NCBI GenBank assembly: GCA_964443325.1
Contig: CAYUCL010000006.1
Location: 14,644 to 78,643, forward strand
Source: an uncultured Dehalococcoidales bacterium
Lineage (GTDB): Bacteria > Chloroflexota > Dehalococcoidia > E44-bin15
DNA length: 64,000 bases
Direction: 5' to 3'
The translations under genes and the position numbers were made by a program. Shown piece by piece: positions 23,801 through 33,279 of this stretch (the first letter of the stretch is position 1; each line of letters begins with the position of its first letter). The notes below the pieces were generated by a model that was given only the letters and a program-made list of their open reading frames with translations, did not search any database and had not been told where the DNA came from.

Positions 23801-26186
23801 GCTCATACAGAACGCCCCTGACGCCATCTATACCAACGACCTTGAGGGCAATTTCACCAGTGGGAACAAAAAAGCAGAGGAATTGGTCGGCTATTCCCGG
23901 CAGGAGCTCACCGGTGAGAACTTCTTCGATAAAGGGATTCTACCTGGGGAGTATGTCCCCAAAGCGATAGAGCTTCTGGAAAGGAACAGGAGAGGTGAAC
24001 CGACGGGGCCTGATGAATTTGAATTGGTCAGGAAGGACGGCACCAGTGTGGTCGTGGAGATATCGACCTTCCCGGTGAACAGAGGAGGGGAGGTTGAGAT
24101 TATGGGCATAGCCCGCGACATTACCGAGCGCAAGAAAGCAGATGAGGCGCTACGGGAGAGCGAGGAAAAACTGCGTGCCACATTTGGGACCATGTCTGAT
24201 GCGATAGCTGTTACCGATGTATCCGGCAATCTCGTAGACATAAACGAGGCAACAGTGCGCCTGCTTGGTTACAGGCAGAAGGAAGAGCTTATCGGGAGAA
24301 ACGCTCTTGATCTTATCGCTGAAAGAGACAGGGCTAAGGCTGCGGAAGATATTGGAAAGGCATTGGTAGAGGGGGACACTTCGCTCACAGAGTATGCGTT
24401 GCTGACCGAAAACGGTGGAGAAGTAGAGATCGAGGCGAGCGCTGCCCTCCTGCGTGACGGATCCGGGAATCCGGCAGGGGTAATCGCGGTAATGAGGGAT
24501 ATCACCGAGCGCAAGCGGGCGGAGGAGGAGATTCATCGCTACAACAAGCGGCTTGAAGCGCTCCACGCCATCAGCGCCGCGGTGAGCCAGACCATGGACC
24601 TGGATGAGATGCTAAACAGCGCCCTGGAGAAGGTGCTTGAGGTTACTGAGACACAGGCAGGCTATATACATCTCTATGACTGGGAAAGAAAGGAACTTGC
24701 TCTAAGGGCCCATCGGGGGATATCCGAGAAGTATGCTGCAACTCTGGAAAGATTGCCGGTGAGTGAGAAAGTCATACGGCGCTGGCAGAACAAGCCGGAG
24801 CCCAGTTTCAGGGCGCGTGGAATTGTAAGCGAGCTCGCTGATAGTGAAGCAACCGCCGCCGAGCTGGAAGACGGCATAGCAGTGCTGGCGACACTGCCCC
24901 TGGCGTCCAAATCGGGGATGCATGGAGGTTTGACCCTTGTCGGCGGCACACGCCGCTGGTTCTCCCCCGAGGAGCTGGAGCTTCTCAAGGCTATATGCAA
25001 CGAAATAGCGGTGGGCATAGAGAACGCCGAGCTACTCGAGAGAACGAGAGAGCTATCGGTGACTGATGAGCTGACCGAGCTGTACAATCGCCGCCACTTC
25101 TACGAGGTGCTTGAGAACGAGATGGCCCGCACGCAGCGCTATGGTGGCTGCTTCACTCTGGCAATGCTCGACCTTGATGAATTCAAGCAATACAACGATA
25201 GATTTGGGCACACCAATGGCGATGCCATCCTGAGGTCCGTTGGCCAAACGCTCAGGTCGCAATTGAGGAATGCCGACATGGTCTTTCGCTACGGGGGCGA
25301 TGAGTTCACCCTCGTCCTGCCGGCAACTGATGCGGCAAAAGCCAGGAAGATTGTGGACCGCATCAGGGTAAAAAGGTTACAAGGGCTTAAGGCCGATAAT
25401 GAAGGTTTGGAACACTGTCTCGGGTTCAGCGCTGGAATCGCTCAGTTCCCTGAGAATGCTGAAACGGCGGATGCCCTGGTATTCCTGGCCGACGCTGCCC
25501 TGTACCGTTCCAAGAGAGGGGGAGGAGGTAAATCTACGCTGGTCTCCGAGCTGGGGGGACTTGCAGCGGGCGCCCTGGACAGTGCAACCATGGACCAGGT
25601 CTATGCCCTGGCGGCTATGGTAGATGCCAAGGACCCGCATACCTATGGTCACTCGAAGAGGGTCGCCACAATATCGGAAATGATAGGCAAAGAAATCGCT
25701 CTACAGCCAAAAGAGCTAGCCGACTTACGCGCCGCTGCCCTGCTGCATGATATTGGCAAAGTGGGCGTACCCGACTCGATCCTGACCAAATCTGGCAAGC
25801 CGACAGAGCATGAATGGAAAATCCTAAAGAAGCACCCTGTTGAAGGGGCTAGGATCATAGGCTATGTGAAGGAACTCGAAGGGTTGGTGCCCTTAGTGCG
25901 GCACCACCACGAGTGGTGTAACGGCACCGGCTATCCAGATGGGCTAAGGGGAGAAGACATACCCCTTGGCGCCAGGATCATAAGCATAGCTGATGCCTAT
26001 GACACCATGACCACGCAGCGTCCCTACCGGGATGTCGTGTCTCAGGAAGAGGCACTTGAGGAACTGAGGCGGTGTTCTGGGACGCAGTTCGACTCTGAGC
26101 TTGTTGAGGCGTTTGGCCGCGCTCTGAATAGGACTATTCAGCAAGATGCTGGCAAAATGAAGTCCCCCTCTTTAGTCACGAAATAG
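20892..26186 (+). CDS. Giant multidomain signalling protein: coiled-coil leader - PAS x6 - GAF-like - PAS x2 - GAF - GGDEF - HD-GYP (1764 aa)
   Basis: Strong RBS AGGAGG 8 nt before the ATG. Eight DITERK(R/K)AEEALRESEE PAS linkers. GGDEF motif VFRYGGDEFTLVLP. HD-GYP: HSKRVATISE...LHDIGKVGVPD...HHHEWCNGTGYPDGLRGEDIP. The C-terminal roughly 550 aa is about 85% identical to the C-terminus of 6127-8970. Confidence 0.9.
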   Translation: MKDQHKTKEQLIKELAQMRQRLAECKVSEAERKRVEEEVKQLSSAVDQSIDGIAIGDLEPKMTYVNDAFAQMHGYSPEEMMGMKVANLHNEEQMDEFKTGIDQIMTQGSWMGEIGHVRKDGAPFPTYMSVTLLKDSDGNPTGIVAVARDITERKRAEGALRESEEKFSKAFRSSPIPMVIAVLEDGRAIDVNESLLHMTGYCREEFRGRKRGELGFWVNPENHARIVQILRDQGQIRDREEEYRIKSGEIRTALTSAEIVHIGDELCALYVLNDITERKRAEEALRETENRYKAIFDNRLQMVYINDGKGLFLDANDYALERLGYTRDDLGKVSFQDMIHPDDLPAILQVFSEILTKGSMERSIEIRLVTKSGEIIWVETFGIPLERDVDHYMALGIANDITERKKAEEALRESEEKYRHVVERANDGILIIQDGTIKYANRRAEELSGYIFAQTTEAQFINYLHPDEIPKVVERYQRRMAGEDVEPVYETIMRREDGSDIYVEINAGTISYRGEPADLVFIHDITERKQAEQALRQSEYKFRTALESARDGILITSNDGSVVDINRTLLNALGYDSKEQVIGRNSLELLAVERSQKQLDGVRREMAQKGHISNVELMGLTRDGRKVPVEVTVSNMTDDEGQPAGSIVVIRDITQRKRAEEALKESEELSRGMLEAATIGIYIVQDGKFQYVNPQFEHIGGYTADDFLGKDSLEHVHSEDREMVRKKAIEQLKGQSTQPYEYRFICKGGGELWILEKVSSIQYKGKPAAIGSFIDITERKQAEGKLERLNLVLRTIGDVNQLIAKEKDRDKLIKATCDAFLEHSSYYNAWMALFDESGELVATAEAGLGNNFLPMVDQLKRGQLTKCGRRALRQSGVVVTKDPSSTCRDCSLADKYPGRAAITTRIEYEGRVYGLLSASMPRAFITEEQELSLFKEVAADIAFALYTIELEVERKRMEEALRESEERLRALIQNAPDAIYTNDLEGNFTSGNKKAEELVGYSRQELTGENFFDKGILPGEYVPKAIELLERNRRGEPTGPDEFELVRKDGTSVVVEISTFPVNRGGEVEIMGIARDITERKKADEALRESEEKLRATFGTMSDAIAVTDVSGNLVDINEATVRLLGYRQKEELIGRNALDLIAERDRAKAAEDIGKALVEGDTSLTEYALLTENGGEVEIEASAALLRDGSGNPAGVIAVMRDITERKRAEEEIHRYNKRLEALHAISAAVSQTMDLDEMLNSALEKVLEVTETQAGYIHLYDWERKELALRAHRGISEKYAATLERLPVSEKVIRRWQNKPEPSFRARGIVSELADSEATAAELEDGIAVLATLPLASKSGMHGGLTLVGGTRRWFSPEELELLKAICNEIAVGIENAELLERTRELSVTDELTELYNRRHFYEVLENEMARTQRYGGCFTLAMLDLDEFKQYNDRFGHTNGDAILRSVGQTLRSQLRNADMVFRYGGDEFTLVLPATDAAKARKIVDRIRVKRLQGLKADNEGLEHCLGFSAGIAQFPENAETADALVFLADAALYRSKRGGGGKSTLVSELGGLAAGALDSATMDQVYALAAMVDAKDPHTYGHSKRVATISEMIGKEIALQPKELADLRAAALLHDIGKVGVPDSILTKSGKPTEHEWKILKKHPVEGARIIGYVKELEGLVPLVRHHHEWCNGTGYPDGLRGEDIPLGARIISIADAYDTMTTQRPYRDVVSQEEALEELRRCSGTQFDSELVEAFGRALNRTIQQDAGKMKSPSLVTK

Positions 26187-26884
26187 TCCCTTGGAAGTCC
26201 TCCCCACCATAGCGGGAGTAGCGTCGCCATTTAATCTCTCTGTGGGGTAGGTCGGTCGCCTAAGGCGACCGACCACACCTTGAGCACCCCGATTTGTCAA
26301 CGATATGTCATTCTGAGGGAGGCCGAGGAAAGCGGGGGCGACCGAAGAATCTTAGGAAAGGCGGGCGGGAATAGATCCTCCCTCCCCTGGCGGGAGGCGA
26401 GTCGCCTTTGGAGACTGGCGGGAGGGTCCTTCCCTGGAAGGAGAGGGAGGGGGAACTTCACCCTCACCCTCGCCCTCTCCTCGCCAGAGTTCGCATCAGG
26501 CGACCCTTCAAGGGAGAGGGGATAGAAGAGAGCATCCGCTCCAACCACGCCTTGAGCCCTTCAGCGGAAGGGCTCAAGGCTATCCTGTTTTGGTAAGCGC
26601 CCCGATATGGTCGGGGCAACTATTAAAGAAAGGGGGGGTGAAAAATGTAGTTGCCCATCCTTCTTTGAAGGATTGGGCGTGCGGGCATATATCATTATGA
26701 GTAGGGGCGGGTTTCAAACCCGCCCCTACAATTAGTTACACGAGGCCCGAAGAACCTCCACCCCACCGAGACTCTTCCCCTTCACAAAGAGAAGGGACTC
26801 AGAATAACAGTGATGATGGGCGGGCAACCAGCAATATATCTCCAAGGTATTGGACGACAACACCTATAAAATCCTATCACACTG

Positions 26885-27030
26885 ATTTTTCCTACCACTT
26901 ATGCCACAGCTTCCACTGTTGACCTGTCCTATTCGACTTCTTGATTGACAAGACTCAGGTGTTTCGAAGGCACAAATCAGGGATTTCCCGATTGTGCACT
27001 GAGCTATCATGTTGTAGTTTGGGCATATTA
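26885..27030 (+). repeat. URE copy G (extended 5' arm, two direct repeats, CCCGATTGTGCACTGAGCTATCATGTTGTAGTTTGGG box)
   Basis: Family member. It lies 85 nt upstream of 27116. Confidence 0.8.
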
Positions 27031-27115
27031 GCAGAAGACATGGGGCAGAATAAGTTAGGGATCCAAAATCCCGTTTTGGGATAGGAAATTTCAGATTATA
27101 CGACGGAGGTGAAAC

Positions 27116-27580
27116 ATGCTAGCGGCGGCGATGGTTTTCGCACTTATGGGTGGAGTGGCGTATCTCTTAGCAGGTCTTGTCGTCACTATTGTAGGCGTAC
27201 CTGTGGGCGACGCTTGGACCACCGCTACTCTGACAAGTGCACCCTGGTGGATAGTAATGATGATACCAATCGGATTAGCTGGCATTATCGGCGGCGGTTG
27301 GGTACGCTGGAACCGCAATGCAGGGGGAATTCTATTGTGGCTGGCTAGCGCCGCTTTTATTGTGATCGGCCTGGTTTCGATACGTGAAGTGCTGGCGTTA
27401 ATTGCTGATAGTCCTCTCTCCGTGCAAGGCTGGCAATGGATCATTTTGCTAGCTTTGGTTTCCTATTTTATAGGGGCACTGCTGGCACTGATGCTGGGGG
27501 GCACTTTATCTTTGGTTGGGGGGATGAGGGAAACTCAAGCCAAGGGTTCGCTAAGAACGGCAAAGGCGAAGAGCATGTGA
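27116..27580 (+). CDS. Hypothetical integral membrane protein (4 predicted TM helices)
   Basis: MLAAAMVFALMGGVAYLLAGLVVTIVG..., WWIVMMIPIGLAGIIGGGWV..., ILLWLASAAFIVIGLV..., WIILLALVSYFIGALLALMLGG. I recognise no known domain. First gene after URE copy G. Confidence 0.55.
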   Translation: MLAAAMVFALMGGVAYLLAGLVVTIVGVPVGDAWTTATLTSAPWWIVMMIPIGLAGIIGGGWVRWNRNAGGILLWLASAAFIVIGLVSIREVLALIADSPLSVQGWQWIILLALVSYFIGALLALMLGGTLSLVGGMRETQAKGSLRTAKAKSM

Positions 27581-27965
27581 AGGGTGCCCACGGCCGTGTA
27601 GTCGCTTTTCGGACTGCCAAGATTCTTCGACTTCACAGTGAAGTGATAAAGGCGATGATCTAAATCAAGGGACCGCTGGACAAGAAGAGTTGAGAAGAGG
27701 AATGTGCCCTCGGTGCTAAGAAAGATACGAAACAGGAAAGCTGTTCTTGGCTTAGGTTTCTCCGTCGGTGAAGTAAGCCCGTGTTCCATCATCCATTAGC
27801 GCGATTACCGGTAAAGTTGCTACCGCTAGACCGGGCATCTTCTCAACCGGTTTTGTTTCTACCTTTTTCCTTGTAGCAATCCGGTAAAACATGAGGTGGT
27901 CTGTGTCAGAAGCTGGGGTATATCGATATAGAAGCAAAGATATCCAGAGAGAACGAGAGGTGGCC

Positions 27966-30029
27966 ATGTCTATCAACAAAGAGGGCCAGGAAAGCGCATC
28001 TTTCGGATATGCGGTAGAGCGTAGGCGGGCGAGAGAAGGGAGGAGGGTTACGGATGGTGCCATAGCCGCATCGATAAATGCTATTGCCATCGCTGACCTG
28101 GACGGCAATTTGACATATGTAAATAGGTCTTTTCTGCAAATGTGGGGATATGCTTCGGAGAAAGACGTTCTCGGAAGGCCTGCTGTAGAATTATGCCAGG
28201 CGGCAGATAAAGCTGGGGCGGTAGTGGCGGCACTATTCGAAAGAGGGGGCTGGCAAGGAGAGTTAGTCGCCTTAAGAAGGGATGACTCAACGTTTGATGT
28301 CCAGCTATCAGCAAGCATGATTACCGATGTGGCTGGCAAGCCAGTACGCATGGTGGCCTCACTTATCGACGTTACCGAGCGTAAGCAGGCAGAACGCATG
28401 CTTCGGGAAAAGAACGAGCAACTGGATGCTCAGAATGAAGAGCTTCACTTGCAGCGGGAAGAACTGGTAGGACAGCAAGAAGAGCTTAAAGAAAAAACGG
28501 CGCAACTAGAAGAGGCTAGCAAGCTGAAATCCGAGTTTTTGGCTAGAATGTCGCATGAACTCCGTACGCCACTTAATGCCATTATTGGCTTCTCTGAGTT
28601 AATGCTGGATGGTATCCCCGGTGGAGTCAATGATGAGCAGAAACAGTGCCTTGCCGACATATTAGATAGTGGTCGACACCTACTGAGCCTCATTAACGAC
28701 GTCCTGGACCTGTCTAAAGTAGAGGCGGGAAAGATGGAGTTCAGACTGGAAGACGTGGATATGGCTGACGTTATCGGTAGCGTAGTTCAAAGTGTCAGAC
28801 CCATGCTCCACGAAAGCAGACATAGGTTGACGGTAAGCATTCAAGAAGGGCTGCCACAAGTTCGCGCCGATGAAGGCAGATTAAGGCAGATATTTCTTAA
28901 TCTGCTGAGCAACGCTATCAAATTCACACCATCTGGTGGTAAGCTCGATATCCAGGCCAGTGGGGATGGCGATTGGTGCCAAGTTAGTGTGGTTGATAAT
29001 GGCATAGGCCTCAGGGAGGAGGATCAGACACGGATATTCGACGCTTTTATGCAGGCAGAGGCTGTACTTGAGGGAAGGAAAGAAGGTACTGGGTTGGGTC
29101 TAGCACTTACCAGGCAAATCGTCGAGACCATGGGCGGCACGATATGGGTAGAGAGCACATACGGGAAGGGGAGCAAATTCAGTTTTGCCCTTCCACTGGC
29201 AAGAGAGGGCGAGCCTTATATATTGGGGGAAGCACCGTTCGCAATTCCGGGGAAAAAACTCCCTGAGGCAAAGGAAATGCCTCTTAAGCCAGGACAGAAG
29301 CGAATCTTGGTAGTGGATGACGACCGCATGGCACGAAGTCTGTTAAGGGCTTGGCTGGAAAGAGAAGGCTATGCCGTCGTTGAAGTATCGAGCGGTGATG
29401 ATGGGATTGAGGAGGCCAATAAGCTGATGCCAGAAGCGGTTGTACTAGATATATTGATGCCTAGAAAGGATGGCTGGCAGGTGCTCCGGGAGCTTAAGTC
29501 AACGCCGAGGACAAGAGAAATCCCAGTGGTGATTACTTCAATTGTTGAAAGAAAAGGGTATGGTTTTAGCTTGGGAGCGGTGGACTACTTCGTCAAGCCT
29601 GTTGATAGGCAAGAGTTTCTGGAAAGGATAGCCGAGGTTGGTCTTCAGCCTCGAGAGAAAGTCTTGGTGATGGACGATAATCCTGCTGATGTTCGCCTGG
29701 TGGCTTCTATCCTTGAATCGGAAGGCATCGCGGTACTCCGTGCTTACGGGGGTGAGGAGGGACTGCGAGTAGCAAAGGAGGATAGGCCGGCACTAATACT
29801 GCTGGATATATTAATGCCTGACTTGAGCGGATTCGAAGTGATAGAGAAGTTACGTGCCGACGAAGAAACCAGAAATATCCCGATAATTGTGCTAACCGTA
29901 AAGGACTTGAGTGCTGAGGAATTAAAAGTACTCAGCAGACAGACAACGGCGATTATGAGGAAGGCAATCTTAAGACGCGGAGCCTTCTTATCGGAAGTGA
30001 AGAATGCTCTCGGGCTGGGTAAAAATTAG
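27966..30029 (+). CDS. Hybrid sensor histidine kinase: PAS-HisKA-HATPase_c-REC-REC
   Basis: H-box MSHELRTPLNAIIGFSELM. N/G boxes (LLSNAIKFT, DNGIGL, GTGLGLAL). Two receivers (RILVVDDD...VLDILMPRKDG; KVLVMDDN...LLDILMPDLSG). ATG at 27966 has GAGAGGTGG upstream; the ORF-track start 27891 is an extension. Confidence 0.85.
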   Translation: MSINKEGQESASFGYAVERRRAREGRRVTDGAIAASINAIAIADLDGNLTYVNRSFLQMWGYASEKDVLGRPAVELCQAADKAGAVVAALFERGGWQGELVALRRDDSTFDVQLSASMITDVAGKPVRMVASLIDVTERKQAERMLREKNEQLDAQNEELHLQREELVGQQEELKEKTAQLEEASKLKSEFLARMSHELRTPLNAIIGFSELMLDGIPGGVNDEQKQCLADILDSGRHLLSLINDVLDLSKVEAGKMEFRLEDVDMADVIGSVVQSVRPMLHESRHRLTVSIQEGLPQVRADEGRLRQIFLNLLSNAIKFTPSGGKLDIQASGDGDWCQVSVVDNGIGLREEDQTRIFDAFMQAEAVLEGRKEGTGLGLALTRQIVETMGGTIWVESTYGKGSKFSFALPLAREGEPYILGEAPFAIPGKKLPEAKEMPLKPGQKRILVVDDDRMARSLLRAWLEREGYAVVEVSSGDDGIEEANKLMPEAVVLDILMPRKDGWQVLRELKSTPRTREIPVVITSIVERKGYGFSLGAVDYFVKPVDRQEFLERIAEVGLQPREKVLVMDDNPADVRLVASILESEGIAVLRAYGGEEGLRVAKEDRPALILLDILMPDLSGFEVIEKLRADEETRNIPIIVLTVKDLSAEELKVLSRQTTAIMRKAILRRGAFLSEVKNALGLGKN

Positions 30030-30062
30030 GTTGGTCGATTTAGACTGTGGGGTTAACAGACA

Positions 30063-30449
30063 ATGCCGGAGAAAATACTGATCGTAGAAGATAACCCCCA
30101 GAGTATGAGGGTAGCTCTAATGACGCTCAGGCCACACGGTTATAGCTTGCTTCAGGCAACGGATGGGGAAGAGGCCCTCGCAGTTGCTACCGGGGACAAA
30201 CCAGACCTCATCATAATGGATTTACAGCTTCCCAAAGTGCATGGACTTGAGGCAACAAGAAGGCTCAGGCAGATGCCAGACTTTGGAGGTATTCCTATAA
30301 TTGCAGTCACTGCGCATGCCATGAAGGGAGATGAGGAGAAGGTTTTTGAAGCTGGGTGCGATGCCTATTTGCCAAAGCCGATCAATACTCGCGAGTTGGC
30401 TAGAGTGGTTGCCGAAATGCTGCTTAAGCGCAAGAAAGCTAATGCTTAG
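30063..30449 (+). CDS. CheY-like single-domain response regulator
   Basis: 128 aa. ILIVEDNPQSM...LIIMDLQLPKVHG...IIAVTAHAMKGDEEKVFEAGCDAYLPKPI. Confidence 0.85.
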   Translation: MPEKILIVEDNPQSMRVALMTLRPHGYSLLQATDGEEALAVATGDKPDLIIMDLQLPKVHGLEATRRLRQMPDFGGIPIIAVTAHAMKGDEEKVFEAGCDAYLPKPINTRELARVVAEMLLKRKKANA

Positions 30450-30460
30450 CTTTAAAGTGG

Positions 30461-31171
30461 GTGTCAATGGAGAAGACAATCCTTGTAGTGGACGACGACC
30501 CCGCCTTTGTCAGGCTAGTTAGCAAGGCTCTTACCCACGAAGGGTACGAGGTGCTCACTGCCGGTGATGGCCAGGAAGCCTTGCGGCTTCTGTTTGCACA
30601 CAAGCCAGGCTTGGTGCTTCTGGATGTTGTGATGCCAAGGATGGATGGCTGGCAAACCTGTAGCCGTATCCGCGAACTCTCTGACGCACCCATAATTATG
30701 CTTACCGGTGAGCAGAAGTCTGAGGAGGATGTGGTGCGCGGGCTCAACTACGGCGCTGATGAATACGTTATCAAACCCGTAGGGAATAAAGAGTTATTAG
30801 CAAGGGTGCGAACGGTGCTGAGACGCGCTGATTTGTCGACTTCACCGGGTACTGAGAAGGAGATTGCCTATAACGATGACTACCTTACTGTTGATGTCGC
30901 CAAGCGTATGGTTATGGTAAATGGAGAGCGAGTGAAGTTGACCCCAACGGAGTTTCGCTTATGTGCACTCCTGGTGGAGAATGCTGGACGCGTTCTCACT
31001 CACAAGCAAGTACTGGAAAAAGTGTGGGGCTGGGAATATGCTGATGATTTGGATTACGTACGTATCTATGTGTGGCACCTGCGCCAGAAGATAGAGCCAG
31101 ACCCGGCTCAGCCCAGATACATTATAACCGAACCTGGAGTGGGATATTACTTCCAGAAAGCTAAGTTGTGA
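30461..31171 (+). CDS. OmpR/PhoB-family response regulator (REC + winged-helix Trans_reg_C)
   Basis: ILVVDDDPAFV...LVLLDVVMPRMDG. The C-terminus LTPTEFRLCALLVENAGRVLTHKQVLEKVWGWEY...VRIYVWHLRQKIE is a typical OmpR wing. Confidence 0.85.
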   Translation: MSMEKTILVVDDDPAFVRLVSKALTHEGYEVLTAGDGQEALRLLFAHKPGLVLLDVVMPRMDGWQTCSRIRELSDAPIIMLTGEQKSEEDVVRGLNYGADEYVIKPVGNKELLARVRTVLRRADLSTSPGTEKEIAYNDDYLTVDVAKRMVMVNGERVKLTPTEFRLCALLVENAGRVLTHKQVLEKVWGWEYADDLDYVRIYVWHLRQKIEPDPAQPRYIITEPGVGYYFQKAKL

Positions 31172-31302
31172 TGAAGTACGCATCCTTGCCGCAGATCTCT
31201 CCAGAAGGAGCGGCTCGGATCTCCCGCCAGGAGACGTAGAAATACACATGTGATTTCTTGCAACTTTGCTTTTATTATCAGGGTGGCTGGATACAGAGTG
31301 GC

Positions 31303-31338
31303 GGCCTCACGGTCCAAAATTCCATTGTGAGGCTTTTT
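31303..31338 (+). terminator. Candidate rho-independent terminator after the OmpR-family regulator
   Basis: GGCCTCAC-(16-nt loop)-GTGAGGC followed by TTTTT. Confidence 0.4.
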
Positions 31339-31474
31339 AATAATGCAGTTGCCCAATCTGTTGGGTAAATTGTGTATGATAATAAGGCGATTACAAAGAT
31401 TGGATCGACGGATTCCAAATATCTTCCATGTACTTGTTACTTAGGTCTGCCTACCGGAGTATAAGGAACTTGAA

Positions 31475-32089
31475 ATGATGCCGCTAGCCCATATGGGAAT
31501 CACCGTTGGTGCTGCCTGGGGGTTGCAGAAGGCGGCAATCGTGGCGATGGGCCTTGCCCCAGAGGTGGCGCTGGAGAGCGATAGCGCTGGCAATCCATCG
31601 GGGCCAACTACCAGAGCCTCACGAATCGATTCGGCGCTCAGTCGGATCGATTTCAGGCTGATCCTGCTGGGCTCAATGCTGCCAGACATCATTGATAAAC
31701 CTCTGGGGTTCTTGTTCTTGGACAACGGGCGGGCATTTGGCCATACTCTGTTGTTTACCGTGCTTCTGGCGGCTGTTGGCTTCTATCTATATACCAGGCG
31801 CCGGAGTATAGTACTGCTCTGCCTTTCCTTTGGCACTATGATGCACATCATACTGGATGAGATGTGGCTCAACCCCAGGACGCTTCTGTGGCCGCTCTAT
31901 GGCTGGAGCTTCGGGCGTTTCGATGTGGAAGGCCTTGGTTACTATCTAAAACAGTGGCTCTTGGCGTATACAATACCTAGGGCATATGTGCCGGAGATCG
32001 TTGGTACAGTGATATTAGTTACCTTCGTTTTCTATCTAATTGGGCACGGCACCCTGCGCAACTTTAGCAGGGACGGGAGGCTGGAATGA
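31475..32089 (+). CDS. Membrane-bound metal-dependent hydrolase-like protein (YdjM/DUF457-like); assignment tentative
   Basis: N-terminal MMPLAHMGITVGAAWGL with a conserved His, several hydrophobic segments and dispersed His/Asp residues (DIIDKP, GHTLLF, HIILDEMW). The family call is from pattern memory only. Confidence 0.4.
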   Translation: MMPLAHMGITVGAAWGLQKAAIVAMGLAPEVALESDSAGNPSGPTTRASRIDSALSRIDFRLILLGSMLPDIIDKPLGFLFLDNGRAFGHTLLFTVLLAAVGFYLYTRRRSIVLLCLSFGTMMHIILDEMWLNPRTLLWPLYGWSFGRFDVEGLGYYLKQWLLAYTIPRAYVPEIVGTVILVTFVFYLIGHGTLRNFSRDGRLE

Positions 32090-32328
32090 GGTGCAGGGGC
32101 TGGCCTAGAGTACACAAGGCGACAACTCATAGCTAAAGGCCAGTCCCCAAAGGATACCACAGACGATCATAGCACGAGCGCTGAGACTAATGATACTTAT
32201 CGCCAGCACATCATGGACAGGTTTAACATTCTTGGCGTAGCCTATCTCCCCAAATATATCTTCTCAGAAGTATTGCTTTCCCTAGGAGACTAACCCCGCA
32301 TTAGTTTAGAACGCCGCATCCACCGTAG

Positions 32329-32450
32329 ACCTATCCTGTTCGCCTTCATAGATGATGCCCTCAGGTATTTCGAAGTCTAAACTCAGGGATTTCACCCCCG
32401 AACTCAGGGATTTCCCGATTGTAGGCTTGGCCATAAGCGTATAGTTTAGG
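32329..32450 (+). repeat. URE copy H (GACCTATCCTGTTCGCCTTC arm plus three TCAGG(G/T)ATTTC repeats at 22/21-bp spacing plus CCCGATTGTAGGCTTGGCCATAAGCGTATAGTTTAGGAGG)
   Basis: It ends 5 nt before ATG 32455, the first gene of the + arm of the glycan cluster. Confidence 0.8.
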
Positions 32451-32454
32451 AGGT

Positions 32455-33279
32455 ATGCGAGCAGTTAACTTGGACAAGACATGGCTTGATAGCGACGTGG
32501 GTAGCCTAATACTTTCTGATTCGACATCTCACTTCGTGAGCGTTATTGTTCCAGCAAAAAACGAGGCGAAAAACATCGGCAGTCTTATCCCAGAAATCAG
32601 ACAGAGTCTTTATGAATATGACAATGAGATAATCTTGGTTGACGATGGGTCGGATGATGGAACAAGTAAGGTCGCACATACCAATGATACAATTGTTGTT
32701 TCTCACGAAAAGAATCTAGGTAAGGGCGCTGCCATGAAGACCGGTGTGAAGAATGCCAGAGGTGATCTATTTGTATTCATTGATGCCGATGGCGCCCATG
32801 ACCCGTGGGACATACCAGCGATAATCGCACCAATCTTGGAAGGAAAAGCCGACCTCGTTATCGGTTCAAGGATTCTTCCAGACTCAAAAGTGGATGTTTC
32901 TCCCCTTTTTAGGAGGCTGAGTAATAGCTTGGCGTCCTTCGTTATTTCGTTTGTAATTTCGTTCTTGTTGCCCTTGGCGACTCTGCTCAAGTGCCCTGTA
33001 AAGTACATCAGGATAACCGACTGCACCAGCGGCTTCAGGGCAATCAGGAAAGATGTTTGGCAACAGCTTGATCTTAGATCGAGAGGATTCGAGGCAGAGA
33101 CTGAGATGATCTATGAGGCAGCGAGGAATAGGTTCGTTATATCTGAGGTTCCGATAACCTGTAACTGGGATAGCCAGTTTTCGCATCTCTCCATTTGGGG
33201 GGATGGTTTGAGAACTCTGGTATTACTTTTGAAGAAGCTCATTGGTGACCTTGGCAAAGGGCAGGGCAGACATGCTTGA
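32455..33279 (+). CDS. Family-2 glycosyltransferase (dolichyl/polyprenyl-phosphate sugar synthase-like)
   Basis: VSVIVPAKNEAKNI...ILVDDGSDDGT...FIDADGAHDP are GT2 DxD-type motifs. The C-terminal region is hydrophobic. Confidence 0.8.
   Translation: MRAVNLDKTWLDSDVGSLILSDSTSHFVSVIVPAKNEAKNIGSLIPEIRQSLYEYDNEIILVDDGSDDGTSKVAHTNDTIVVSHEKNLGKGAAMKTGVKNARGDLFVFIDADGAHDPWDIPAIIAPILEGKADLVIGSRILPDSKVDVSPLFRRLSNSLASFVISFVISFLLPLATLLKCPVKYIRITDCTSGFRAIRKDVWQQLDLRSRGFEAETEMIYEAARNRFVISEVPITCNWDSQFSHLSIWGDGLRTLVLLLKKLIGDLGKGQGRHA

Noticed and set aside
27436-27663. 75-aa + strand ORF after the membrane-protein gene
   Set aside because: It overlaps the 3' end of 27116-27580 in another frame, with no supporting signals.
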